Origin: Tubulanus polymorphus
Lineage: Eukaryota; Animalia; Nemertea
Direction: 5' to 3'
Length of the DNA: 64,000 nucleotides
Assembly (NCBI RefSeq): GCF_964204645.1
Contig: NC_134025.1
Coordinates: forward strand, 24,036,299 to 24,100,298
Below, piece by piece: positions 1-13,680 of the stretch; position 1 is the stretch's first letter; each line of letters begins with the position of its first letter. The notes beneath the pieces are model-generated. The model was not told where the DNA came from, searched no databases, and saw only the letters and a list, made by a program, of their open reading frames with translations. The position numbers were made by a program, and so were the translations under genes.

Positions 1-99
1 GTCTATTGTTGTTTTTTTTTTTGTATTACGTAATGAACATGTGCTCACTTACCTCAATGACTGTACATAATCGACAATGAAAATTCTTTTCTTCAACAG

Positions 100-3000
100 G
101 AAACGTTGTTAGGTATGAGCTCTATCACAATGGTAAGTTGGTGTACACAAACACACGAAGGTATTATCAGATTAGCAATTTGCAGCCTTGGAGCGTACAT
201 CAATTTTACGTCAAAGCATGTACAGTGAAAGGATGCGGAACAAGTCCAACTACTACTGTCCGTACGCAAGAATCGGCACCTGATGGCAGTGTAGTTCTTA
301 TCGCTTTAGTAAAAGATGCGCGATCGGTTACTGCCAGTTGGAATCGGCCTACAACTCCAAATGGCTTCATGAATTATAATGTAACATTTGAAGGTTTCTT
401 CTACAAAGATCCAGGTAAGTGCATGGCAAGGAACTACATGTAGTTCTACCTAGACATTTAAGCCAATGTATGAACGTGCCAGTATATACTTATTCCTTTT
501 TCTAGCAACATGGGATTATAGCATCATAACAGAAAAACGTGTGCTCTTGAATACAACTGAGGTTGGACAAAATGTTGTCATATCCGGGTTGATTCCATAT
601 TCTACATATAGTGTTCAAGTTGTTGCTTATAACACAAAAGGATCCATTCCAAGCAATGTTGAGCGTCTTGTCATGCCAGAAGGAAGTAAGTACATGTAGT
701 TAATTTTGTAAATGTATATTCTCTTATTGAAAGGTTATAGACATGATGTGCACTGACCGCAAACATGAAATTTCTTTTTAGCGCCAGATGGTGTAGCACC
801 ACCTAATCTTGTCAGCGTCACATCGGAAGTAATTCAGGTAACTTGGACAAAGGTCGGAAGGGCCAATTCAGCAGATCAGCCATTATTTCAGTTGCAGTTT
901 AAACAGAAAGGAGCAACCACTCCGGCAGTGAAGTAGGTTGAAGACATCATTAAAATAGCAATATAGAAATTCCTTCATTTTGCAAGTGTGATCATAGTTG
1001 TATTTTCTTTTTTCTCAATTGCAGCTTATTTAATCAACCAACCACTTCCAATTCGTATCTGAAAGATAAATTAGACCCATATACAGAATACGAATTCAGG
1101 TTGGGAGCAAAAAATAAATTGGGCTCAACTTGGTCCTTATGGTCGTCTGTTTATACGAAACAAGACAGTGAGTATATTTCACCTAAGTTCTTAGGAAAAT
1201 ATATTCTGTGGTGGTTGAGAGGATCTTCTTAACGGTATATTCTTTTTGTAGAACCAGCAATTTTGGATCCACCTCGAATGAAAGATGTTAAGCAAAGGGA
1301 AATAACCGTATTTTGGCTGAAACCGAGTAAGCCTAATGGAATAATCGAAAAGTACATTCTTGAGAAAAATAACAGCATATATGCACAGGTCTGTGGTTCA
1401 GTTTGATTAGGGAAACCTCTGAATTTTGAGCCTTTTATTGATATATTTCGATGTTCTAATTTGTTCTTCAACTGATCTCCCTTTTTCTTTCATTCGCATA
1501 TATACATAAGTATCTGTTTACTTTATTTTAGGTTGAAAGTAACACAACGTTGCTAATTGTGACTGGCTTAATACCCTATACTAACTATGTGTTCAGGGTA
1601 TCTGCATGTACTGGTGGTGGCTGTACAAAAAGTCAAGACTCCGATACTGTCAGGACATCATCTGCAGGTAATTGTTATGATAAGTTGATACATTTGCATT
1701 CAAATGATAGTTGTTATTTTGACTGAATTTCAAATGTTTTTTGTTTTCCTACAGCTCCTGAAGGTATTGCTGCTCCGACAGTTTCATCTCAAACGCCGAC
1801 ATCAGTTCTGGCTGTCTGGACAGCTCCCAAATTACCAAATGGTATTCTGACTAAATACACGCTTCAGCGAAGATTGAAAGATTCCAACAAAACAGTAGAC
1901 ATAAGACATGTGACTCCTAATGAAGCATTTACCTACCTCGATCAAGGTTCACCGTTACAGCCATATACTGCTTACCAATACCGTGTAGCAGTATCTACTG
2001 GGATTGGTACAGGATATGGACCTTGGGCAACTATCTTCACAAGACCTTCACGTAAGGCAGATCTGCATTAAATCTACTGTCTTTACAAAAAACGATGAAA
2101 ACAAATTCTCAGTTCTATTTAAAGCTTTTGTTATAATTTTTTGGTTCCAGGGCCTGCTGGTGTTTTGCCACCGGAGGCAGTTGTGCTAAGTCCACATTCT
2201 TTGAAAATAAGATGGCAAATACCACTGATTCCAAACGGAATAATCGAAATGTACGTTATCAAAATGCCTGTTCCGCAGATAGAGGTCCGCAATGGAAGCC
2301 AAACTGAACTTATTGTGGAAAATCTTGTTCCATACACTACTTACTCCATTACGATTATTGCTTGTACCTTTGGTGAGTAATCTGGTACTAGTTTCACAAT
2401 ATTTTTTCATAACCTTCGTACACAGATTTGCTGTTATGTATTCTGTTATGTATTCTGTCTAGAGGGTGGTTGCACTGAAAGCTCCACTACAAATGTGCGC
2501 ACAAGCGGTAAAGCTCCAGAAGGCCAACCCGCACCCACTGCCATACCGATCTCACAAGACTACATATCCATTATATGGCGGCCACCAATCAGCCCAAATG
2601 GTCCTAATATTCGTTATGAGCTCTCACGAATGAAAGTCGCACAACCATTGTTAGGTAAGTTCCACATTCGTGTACATTATCAAGTATCAAAATGTATACT
2701 GAGAGTTAAAATTTTTCTCTAACGTTTTGTTGACAGTGCATGATTCATATAATTGCAGCTTCAGTAACAGACCTTGGTATTTGGAAAACGGTTTACACGG
2801 GTACTGCCAACTCGTATGAAGATCGAGGCCTGAGTTTACTGACAACAAATCAGTACCGCCTTAGTGTTTACAATGATTTTGGATTTTTGAACAGCGCCGA
2901 ATCATCTAACGTGACTACTTTTGGTGGCCAGCCTACCGTACCGGCAAGCTTGAGCATTGCGCCGTTGAGTCACGTATCGATACAACTTCAATGGGTTGTA

Positions 3001-6000
3001 CCAGGTAATGATAGTTAGATATACGTTTCGTGGTAACGATACTTTAAACCGAAGTAGACTAATGTGAAAATACCTGTATCTAATTTAGGTGTGAAAGAGT
3101 TGCAGGGTTATGTAGAAAAATTTGTCGTTGATATTAGAAGTAGTCATATGAATATCAGTAAGACTTATCCAGGAAATGCAACTAGCTCAATATTAACCGG
3201 CCTTCAACCGAATACGCTGTATAGTTGTCGGATTTCATTGACTATCAATGGAGGAGCCTCAATTACCGGTGATTGGAAGACTACATCCACACTAGATGGA
3301 GGTTTGTTTTCTTTTTTCATTCAGGGGTTGTTAGAGAGAACAGGATCTTAGAAAGCAAAGATCATTTCTTTTGAGTGACAATATTTGCACAAATCATTTA
3401 CATGATACAATATTAAAACTTATTAAGGGCTGCTGAACTTTTGAAAATTGAGAGCTACCTATACTCAGTTCAAATGAAATGGATATACATGTATTTCATT
3501 TATGAGTGTTGTCTACTGTGCATTTATATATTTACAGCTACTGGCGGTAAGTTCACTGTATAAAGAGAAATGTTAGCATAATGCTAAGTATGATTTCTGT
3601 GGCATAATGGTTTACTCACTCCATTTTATACTTTCCCGACTTTCGCTTGGATTTAATTTGAACCCATCTCATAAATAAGTAATGAAATCGATGAACCCTG
3701 CTCTCGGAATAGCTGCTTCGTAGGAGAAATTTCATTAATAATTCAGTCTTATACATCACCTGTGGTCTGTAACTAGTTAATTATTCAGTTGTACATGAAT
3801 CTAAGTTTTAATTAAATTGGCAAATTCCTGTGGCTCGTGAAACTTATCATACATATGCTGCATTCATCATGCTTGAAGTTTACCAAAAATCCAGGGTGTT
3901 TGTGTCAGCATTATTACAGTCATTATTAATGGCTGGTTTGCAGGTAGAAATTGGAGGTATCTGTTATTCATAAGTTGAAATATGCTTATTATGTATGACT
4001 TAAGAATAAGAGCATTTTGTTCACATTCTCATTAAATCTTCCTACATATTCACAGATGCGTCTTTCCTCTTTCAGCTCCAGCTGGTCTTTCTCCACCAAT
4101 ACTTCGGGTATTGAGCGAAAACAAAATACGTGTCACATGGGCTGCGCCAACAGTACCAAATGGGCGTATTACAGCATACAATATCTTGGTGGACAACCGG
4201 ACAATTCTCACTAATTCCACAGTTCCTGGTTCTCTTGTTATCGACAAACTGAAACCATACACTGTCTATAATATTAGAGTAAGTATGACTTAAAGAATTA
4301 CTGGAAAAGTTACCGGGTATTCGAAAGCGCAATGAATATCTACTGATGGTATTATAACGTTCCAGATTGAAGTTTGTACTATTTTTGCCTGTGTGGAAAG
4401 TAACGCGACCAAGGGGGTAACTCTTGAGGATATTGCACGGGAGATAGGAAGTCCGAATCTGAGTGTGCGAAATTCCACGGCAATAGAAATAGCATGGACA
4501 CAACCCAAAAGACCAAATGGAATAATCAAACATTATGAAATACATCGCAAAACGCAAATACAGTGTTCTAAAAGGTATCTCCAAAATTCCGGTGAATTAT
4601 TTTTGCTCAAATGCTGTCAGATCATTTCATATGCACGTGTATTTTCAAAAAATTTCAGACCCACCCCAACAGCACTACCGATGAAGAAGATATGTACTTA
4701 TATTGAATGTGGAGCTTTGGAAAGTCTGTGCGGAACTCAGTGTTTCACTGGCACAAAGGTATATGTTACATGTTACATGTTCATGTATATTCACATGTAC
4801 ATGTACAAGTTGGGATTGATGATATTTCAAATGTAGTATTTGATGTGAGCTTAAAGATTTCACTGACTTATATTTCAGACATGTTGTCAAGATGTTTTGT
4901 ATGACAACAAGCCTAATCACGAATGTTGTGGAACGGCTTACATTCCCAAGAAATCTAGTCCTGATGATATCTGTTGCGGAGGACGTTTCTATAAAAAGAT
5001 TGTAAACTATCAGTGTTGTAGTGATAAGTAAGTAAATTAGAATATATTTTTAGACTGAACCAGTGAAATAACTTGGATCTTTACATGTTATGTGAGCACA
5101 TAGTACTTGTGCTGAGTTATTTTAAAGTTTTGGTACTTTTTGATTTGAAGGTATGTCGAAGTACTTCCCGGACAGATTTGTTGTCCTGATCTTATTCAGA
5201 ATCGTGTTGATATTGGTTTTGGAAATCGATGCTGTGGATCAATACCTTTTCAGGATAATGGAGCTCAGATCTGTTGTTCAGGTAAAACGCTATCTGCTAC
5301 CACATTCATCAACTTGGATTGACTTCAAAGCTTTATTCAAAAATGATTTTGATTTTTATCAGGTCAGTTGCATAGTCGATTTGGGAGACAGTGTTGTGGG
5401 AAAGCTATTGTCGATGAAAGTCTTGTTTGCTGCGGAAATTCTGAAAAAGGTGTTACTTTTACAAAGAATTTTGACAATAAATGTTGCGGCAATGAATACA
5501 TCACAAGTAATACCACTATCTGTTGTGTTGATGGAGGGCGAGCAAAGGTATTCAAATGCATGAATTCAGTAGTCTTTTATCAAAGATTATATTTAGTGAT
5601 TGATTTATGTTGATTTACTGTAATTGAACGGAAATTGTCTGTGTTTATTACAGTCTTACACTTATTTAACCGCGGATGCCCTGTTAGCTGATAATCGCAA
5701 ATGCTGTAAGACAGAACTAATCTCTAGTGGTCTTAGTTGCTGTAACTCAGTTGGGTACAATATTGCATCTCAAGTGTGTGCCGATTCGAAAGGTTTGCTT
5801 ATGTTTGAGTTACTTCGAATTAATTGCCGAAGTAGTTGAGTTCCTTTCTTATTTACGAAATATTGTTTGTAAATGGTTATTTATCTGTACAATTTATCAT
5901 TTGTAGGCTGTGGAGATGGAACTATTTGCCCCCTGAGTAAGAAATCGCAGGCTAACTGCAATAGATGCGATTTCAATCCATCTGTAAATAGCTGTGGATC

Positions 6001-9000
6001 AGTCTCGGGAAATTACATTCCCGGTCCTACTCCGTCACCAACTCCGCCACCAACTAAGTGTTATATCGGCCCAGAGAATGTGTATTCAGGCAGAGACTTT
6101 CAATTCTTAGGTAAATAAGTAATTTGAGAGGTAAATTGGGTAATATAAAGCAAATGCATGAACCTTCCAATTGACAGCATTTATACTAAATCATCGTGAT
6201 TCAATTCATCTTGTAGATGGAAACCTGAGCCCTTATACACCCTATGAATATGTATTGGTTGTTGTTAATGGAGCTGGTAATGGTATGAGTGCTTACAGCT
6301 CGACGCGAACTGCTCAATCTGCCCCGGAGGGTGTCTTGCCACCGACAGCTGAAGTGAAAAACAACCAGTATGACACAATATACCTTTCATGGAAAATTCC
6401 GCTTCAACCCAATGGTAAAGATGCACCCAGGAATAAGATTTATATCATTCGTTTTTATAACATTAAGGATGAATTTCTATCTACAGTATATAATTGTAAT
6501 ATTTTCATCCGCGAATAATCTGTGTATGCATTTTTAGGTGAAATATCACAGTATATATTACTCAGAGGAGGGTTAGAGATATACAGAGGTGCAGCTATGT
6601 CTTATATCGATAATAATGCTATACAACCCTATAAGACATATACATATCAACTCAATGCATGTACTGTAGCCTGCACTTTGAGTTCAATGGTAATGATGGA
6701 ATAATCTTACCGGTAATTTTCTAATTTTTTGGAATGTAATATTGCATAAAACTAATGACCATTCTCCTTTGTTTTAGATATTAGTTGCAACTCTGCAAGC
6801 GCCACCAAGCGGCCTTTCATCTCCAGTTGTCTCGAACATCACATCAACTTCATTTTCTTTGGCATGGCAGCCACCAACAATCCCAAATGGTGTTATCACT
6901 CATTACCTGATAACTCGATCGGATGTTGGAATAATTTATAATGGGACCAACTTAAAACTTGAAGTTTCAGGTTTGTTAGCTTATTTATTTTCTTAAGTTT
7001 CAATACCAGTATATGCAATGTGAGATTTTACATAATTGAATGTATTTACCATTTTTAGGTCTGATGCCATATACTTCTTACAGCACATCTTTGGAAGCAT
7101 GTTCAGTTGCTGGGTGTACAAAAAGTTTCCCTTCCAACATTTTAACCTCTGAAGCTTTACCTTTGGGTAAGTGAGTCAAAGTAATAGTAATTTGATTTCT
7201 ATACCTGTGATTTATAGGGTCCAAGCCCACACCAATCTGCACTATATACTCAAATATAAGATGTGATTGGAATGAATTACTTCCATATGAATTGTACTAC
7301 AAACATCAAAGTATTCTATCCCTAATTGTATTCACAGGTTTTGGTACTCCTAGGATAGTAGTCCTGAGCTCCCGAAGCTTAGAATTGTATTGGTCTCCTC
7401 CAGAAGTTCCAAACGGTGTGATTACTAAATACAAGGTTTACCAAACTTCCACTACGATTGGAACTCAAATGATAAGGCAAACACTTGACCACAACATTAC
7501 TATTAGCGGTGTCGTTGCTGGTGCCCAGTATCAATATTTTGTCGAAGCACTAAATAGCGCTGGGGGAATAAATAGTTCAATTATCACTGTCACATTACCG
7601 TCCATGACTCCAGAAGGAATCTCGGCGCCAACAAATATTACTGTTCTCAGCGCATATAGTTTGTTTGTTGAGTGGGCTCCAGTTGCAAAACCGAATGGTG
7701 TAATCGAACAGTATAAGGTTTTATTAAATGACGGCACTACAGAAATTGTGAAGAGTTTCAGCGGGAATAGCAGCAACGCAACAATCGATGGTTTGAAACC
7801 ATACACTGAATATGAATTGCGTATTCGAGCGTGTCTTCCAAACATCAACGGATGTGGCACTGGACCAGGTACAATGATAAGAATGGACGAGGCTGCCCCG
7901 CTAGGTCTTATACCACCTACACTCCAGGCACAAAGTGCAACAGTTATTCGCGTAGTGTGGAAAAAACCATCTGCTCCGAATGGCAAAATAACACAGTATT
8001 TGATTAACAGAAGAAGGTTTGGTGATCCCATTCAGCTAACTATTAATTTGGTAAAAGGCGACGTCTTCAGCTATGTTAACACCGATGTTACCTTATTGCC
8101 ATTCACCGATTATGAATATCAAGTTGTCGCCTTCAATTCTAAAGGATCAATGAAAAGTGCTTGGGCCAGGATTCGTACTCTTCAGACCATTCCTCAGGAA
8201 GTAAATGCACCTCGTATAACTGAAAGTAGTGCATATGGTTTCAAATTAGATTGGGCCTCTCCTACGAAGCCTAATGGAATCATTGTTAAATTCATTATTC
8301 AATATCAGGAAATATTCATGGATCCAACGCAGAAAGCTGCTATAAGAAATATATCGGTGGCAAGTACTACCAATGCAACATCTTTCAGTGGACTGAATCC
8401 ATTTAGTGAATACCGCGTTCGTCTCATAGCTGTTAATTCTGCTGGTGAGGGTATTAGCTTCTGGGCGTCTGGAAAAACTGGTGAGACGGCACCTGCAGAT
8501 ATTGCAATAATGATAGTGATAAAAAATCCTAGTGGGACCTCACTGAATCTCAAGTGGCAAGTACCAGGCAAACCAAATGGCAATATCAAGCAATATAAGA
8601 TTTATGAAGTGGGAACGACAACTCCGATATATACAGGTTTGACTCAAGAATTTGAATACCGACGGTTAACACCTTTCACTGAATATACCATCCAGCTAGA
8701 AGCTTGTAACACTTTAACTGGAAACCTGTGTGGGAAAGGTGGCCCACAGAAGGTTATAACGGCTGAGATTTTGCCGAATACACCTGTTGCTCCGGCATTT
8801 GGTAAAGTGAACGCTACTCATGTTGAAATTCAATGGACACGACCGTCTAAATTAAATGGAAAAATATTAGAATACAAGGTTCTCAGACAGGCGAGTCCAG
8901 TAACCAACCGCAAGAAGAGATCATTGTCTCAACCTCAGATTGTTTACAGGACAAAGGACACATCTAAGGCAAATAACCAGTTTGTCGATAAGACAGTTAA

Positions 9001-12000
9001 ACCATATACTAATTACAAATATCAAATACAGACTTGTAATAGTGTTGGTTGCGTTTCGAGTCCTGTGCAGTCAGTGCAAACACCACAGGCACCTCCCAGC
9101 AGTGTCAGCAAACCAACTGTCCAGCATATAAAAGGTCATCCCGATAAACTGAATATAACTTGGACAGTTCCGACTGAACCGAATGGCATCATACAGGACT
9201 ATAAATTACAACAGAATACATCGGTTCCATTAAGTTTTGGCGCACAGGATCCGAAAGTTTACCAGGACACGGGACTAATAGCTTATACTAAGTATAGTTA
9301 TACAATATCTGTTTGTACACAAGGAGGCTGCACGAAGAGCTCACCAACTCACATTACAACCATGGAAACTCCGCCGTTGCTTGTCACTCCTCCGACTATC
9401 GTAACAATGTCTTCAACAAATCTAAAAGCTCATTGGGTAAAGCCACAAATAACAAACGGACAAATCATCGCTTATCACCTGTATATGAATAATGCGAATG
9501 TTTATTCAGGAATGACCATGGATTTTACGCTGACTAATCTTATCCCGTTCAGGGCCTACACGTTCATACTGTCTGCTTGTACAAACGGTGGTTGTAAAAA
9601 CAGTACATCAGTTGTTGGGCGACCGGATGAAGCAGCTCCTCAACGCATGAAAAAACCGAAACTTCAAGTCACCAGTTCAGTATCGATCGAAATTACTTGG
9701 ACTCTTCCGTTAGATCCAAATGGAATTATAACATCCTTTGAGCTTAGGCGAAATGGCACGATAATTCAGAAGACCAATGGTTTTCGATATACTGACTATG
9801 GTTTGACGCCGGGAAAGATCTACGCATACACGGTGACCGTGTATAACAGTAAAGGCAATGTGACTAGTGCAGCTTCCACAGCTACTACATACTCATCGTC
9901 GCCAGAAGGCATTTTACCTCCTCAGCTGACACCTTTATCTTCGGAATCGATCAAGGCTACATGGTCTAAACCTGCCCAGCCAAACGGCAAAATACTCAAC
10001 TACACACTGTTAATTGATGACAAATCTGTCTACACTGGTAATAAAATGACGTACACTGTTTTGGGATTGGCGTTTTTTACCGAGTTCAGATTTTATGTGC
10101 GGGTGTGTACATCTGCTGGATGCACTTCAAGCGGTGAAAATAAAGCCCGTACAAAGGAAGCTTCACCAAGTGATGTACAAAAACCAACGTTAGTTCCACT
10201 TGAAAATATAAATGGTATGCACAATGGAGTACGTGTTCAGTGGAGATATCCTGGTAAACCAAATGGCAATATAACCAAGTATGAGCTGTTCAGAAGAAAA
10301 ATTGAGGCATCTGGTCCAGCATCAGGTACAGACAATATTACTTATGTGTTGCGATAATCAAATTGCAACCTAAATCAATAAGAATTCATACCTTATAATT
10401 GAAAAATTTGTTTCAGGAACTACATATGGACCAGAGTTGAAGATCTATTCCGGGTTACCTTTGAATCTGGAATTTGAAGATAAAGATTCAGTACTGAAAC
10501 CATTTACTGATTATCAGTACAGATTGGTGGCATTTAATAAAGTTGGTCAGAGTAGCAGTGGATGGCAGACAGTTCGTACTCAGGAGGCTCCACCAGCTAG
10601 AGTAGATAAACTTACTATTCTGGTCAGTATTTCCTACATAAATATCTATCATTTTGATATTTTGCTGTATTTTTTTTTGTACTCGCTTTTTTCACTCCTC
10701 GATCTTATATATTTTCAAGGGGGTGACAGCTACTTCGATCAAAACAGAGGTGCCAATTCCTGATCAACCAAATGGCATTATTCAGACATATGAAATAGTG
10801 GTAGATAGACTTGGAGTAAGTTTCGTTTGCCTTGAAAATTCACCTTAGCTGAATGTTTCAGTATATATGCAACTCATAATGTTTACAGCTTGCCAAGTCA
10901 GAAAATACAACTATAACTGTGAGGAACTTGAACCCATATCAAAATTACAGCATACAAGCAAGAGTTTGTACCAGCGTGGGATGCACAAACAGTCCGCCAG
11001 TTCTTGTCCAAACCAAAAGTGCTCCACCATCAGGACTTTCTTCCGTCGTCGTTTTGGAAACAACAATTACGAGTGCTCTCATTTCTTGGTCAGCTCCTAG
11101 TCGGCCAAATGGTGTAATAACTAGGTAACTGTTCAATTCTGTGTTGATGAAATCGATAGATTCTGATCGACTAGTTTAAGCGTTGTGGTGTTTATTTCAG
11201 TTATGAGTTGTCATATCGCTTAACCTGCCTTAAAACAAGTAGTGGTGCCTGCACTCATGGTGCCACATATGTAGCAACTAGAGGTTTGGTGCTAAGACAC
11301 AACATCACAAATCTTCAGACATATTCAAACTATAGCTTTGCAATACAAGTTTACAATGAAGTTGGCCGATCAGAAAAATCAGCATGGGTCGATGCCATGA
11401 CTAAGCCTTCTGGTGAGTAAAGAAAGTGATCGTAAAACGTAGATAGATAATGTAAGTGATTATCTTATGGCACATGACATGGAAATTATTGTGGGGTGCT
11501 TGATTGCTGGTGTTCTATTATTCATCATTCAGTCTATTAACCATACACTTTCTATTCGTTCACATGCAAGAGTTAATGAAGAAATGCGTGACAGCTTGTG
11601 AAAAAATCAGTGCTACACATTTGAGCCTTATGTTTCAACTATCCGTATGTAGCATATGTTTGAGAAGAACAATATAACTTTGCAAGAGTTGCAAATGATT
11701 TTTTATGGGTGGTTTTGATAGCCTAGAAATTCAAGACTTTAGTGTCGTATTCCGGATGTTTGAATGTATTTTGTTATTACTGATTCACTATGGATATTGT
11801 TTTTCTATAGCGCCGGTCATATTGAACCCGCCTGTTATGACCACAAATGGCTCGTTTGTTATCGTCAACTGGAAGAATTCGTTCATTCTGAACGGTGAAT
11901 TGTTGGAGTATTTGCTGTACACAGATAACCAGTTAACGTATAGCGGAACTGCTACGTCCGCTTTCGTTGAAAGATCAACTAGAAATCAAAGTAAGAACAT

Positions 12001-13680
12001 TAAAAACTTTCTCTACATGATGGTTATCTTTTTGATTCATATAGTGCATTCTCCTAGTACCAAAATTGTCATTCTTTACAATGCTATCATATTTTCTACT
12101 CTTTAAGAGTTCAGATTCATGGTACGATGTCGCACAAGACAGGGTATTGCTGATACAAAGTCCGTTGTCTTTGATCCTCAATCACCAGGGAATATAGGTA
12201 GGTTTTCTTATCAATATATAGCGGATCGAATTGATTAGAAATCTATACAAAACACATCACTATGTACTGATTGCGAAGCCCTTCACTCCTTCCTTTATAT
12301 CAATTATTCATAGCATTAAGCTAATTTGACTGTGATGCCGTGCAAAAAAGGAATAAATATACATCAGTATGGTATAATTGGTTCTGAACTGCTCTTGAAA
12401 AAACTTCCTTTGTTCATGCTGCATCTCTTTGATATGAATAGTTCACTTGATATGAAGAACGATACCAGTGCCATAGGATTAGAATTAACCATTGCCATAT
12501 ACAGTCCGATTGATAAGAAACATTTTGAAATGAATATTCATTTGATTGGCGAATGGGGGTACACAGTATTTTTGTTATTTTCCTTACATTATAACATTAT
12601 CAAAACCTACTAACGGGAAACAATATCCATTTCCAGGGAGCACAGTCGCGCCACAGCCACCTCTGGCACGTAGCATGCCTTTCTATCAAGAAGTGTGGTT
12701 CATCGCATTTGTTCTAATCGTCGCGTTAGTTTTGTTGTTCATCGGCATCGTATTTTGTATCAAGTACACGGGAAGAAGTACGCCATTTATCAGAGAACGG
12801 GCACCGCTTCAGCCTCGACAGGCCATGTCAAATGTGAAACCGGGATATATGCGAGAACAGTATGAAGACAGCTACGTAGCAGTAAGTTTTTGGCGTGTTT
12901 GTCTTGTCTAATCGAAACTATATTTGGAGGATCAATACTTGTGCTTAGAGCATTCCTCATGGAAATCAGTTTAAAGCTAGACTATTCATTGTCTTCCCCA
13001 GAGACATATTCTGGTATCTGAATTGTTGATACATGAAGAAGTCCCACATTTCAAATTTCATACGATAGAATTTATCAAAATAGAACCACAAAATTTTGTC
13101 AGTTTTCGTCAGTCATCATCAGGTGGAATGTTAGTCAACAGCCGAAACGTTGTGGTTTAATTTTGATAAATTCTATCATATAAAATTTGTATTGTGGGAC
13201 TTCTTCATTTATCAACAGTTTACACGGATTAGAGTGTTTTATTTGACTACTAATCTGAAATGTTTTTCGTATATTTTTTAGGATAATCATAGACCAGATA
13301 GTCAAGCTAGTATAATAAGCGCTGGTAAGCTTCACCCCGGCTATGTGAATCCTGCATTCGCGACGGTGCGTTCCAGTCGTCCGAACAGTGTACACGATCT
13401 GACATTTGATCACCGGTCGCAAAAATCGTCAAAATATATGAGCGACGATGAAGATGATCTGATTTGGTCCGGGCAGGTTCCATATGACAGCGGTATACAT
13501 AATTTAACCGTAAGTAGATTCATGTTCTGTCTTCATTTCATCGTTTTCTTCATGGATATCACTGATTACAAAATTTGATGTTTATTTCAGTTTAATGCAT
13601 CCGAGGACTACGGACCTAGTGAAAATCAACCATACAGTATAGCCACTAAAGAACAACTTTTTACCGATACACATCTATGA
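100..13680 (+). CDS. USH2A: Usherin, 3' portion (5'-partial, multi-exon): FN3 repeats, Cys-rich CC-repeat region, more FN3 repeats, TM helix, cytoplasmic tail with PDZ-binding motif
   Basis: Many GT-AG exons encode FN3 repeats (W..P..PNG.I..Y, L.PYT.Y, ACT..GC..S). The Cys-rich block at about 4660-6110 (CCGGRFY..YQCCS..VLPGQICCPD..NRVDIGFGNRCCG) matches the usherin Cys-rich region. TM segment FYQEVWFIAFVLIVALVLLFIGIVFCI is at about 12680-12760. The last exon 13591-13680 ends KEQLFTDTHL-stop, the usherin PDZ ligand. Confidence 0.96.
13016..13230. mobile_element. Palindromic Penelope-like element relic with degenerate minimal hammerhead ribozyme halves, in an USH2A intron
   Basis: About 70-bp inverted arms (13024-13091 vs 13150-13217). 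The centre carries CCAC-CTGATGA on the - strand (13126-13116) and TGTTAGTCAACAGCC-GAAA-CGTT-GTGG on the + strand (13129-13155). Confidence 0.65.

Noticed and set aside
7531-8589. Antisense ORFs (166 aa and 94 aa) within the large usherin exon
   Set aside because: Shadow frames of a long coding exon with no recognisable motifs.
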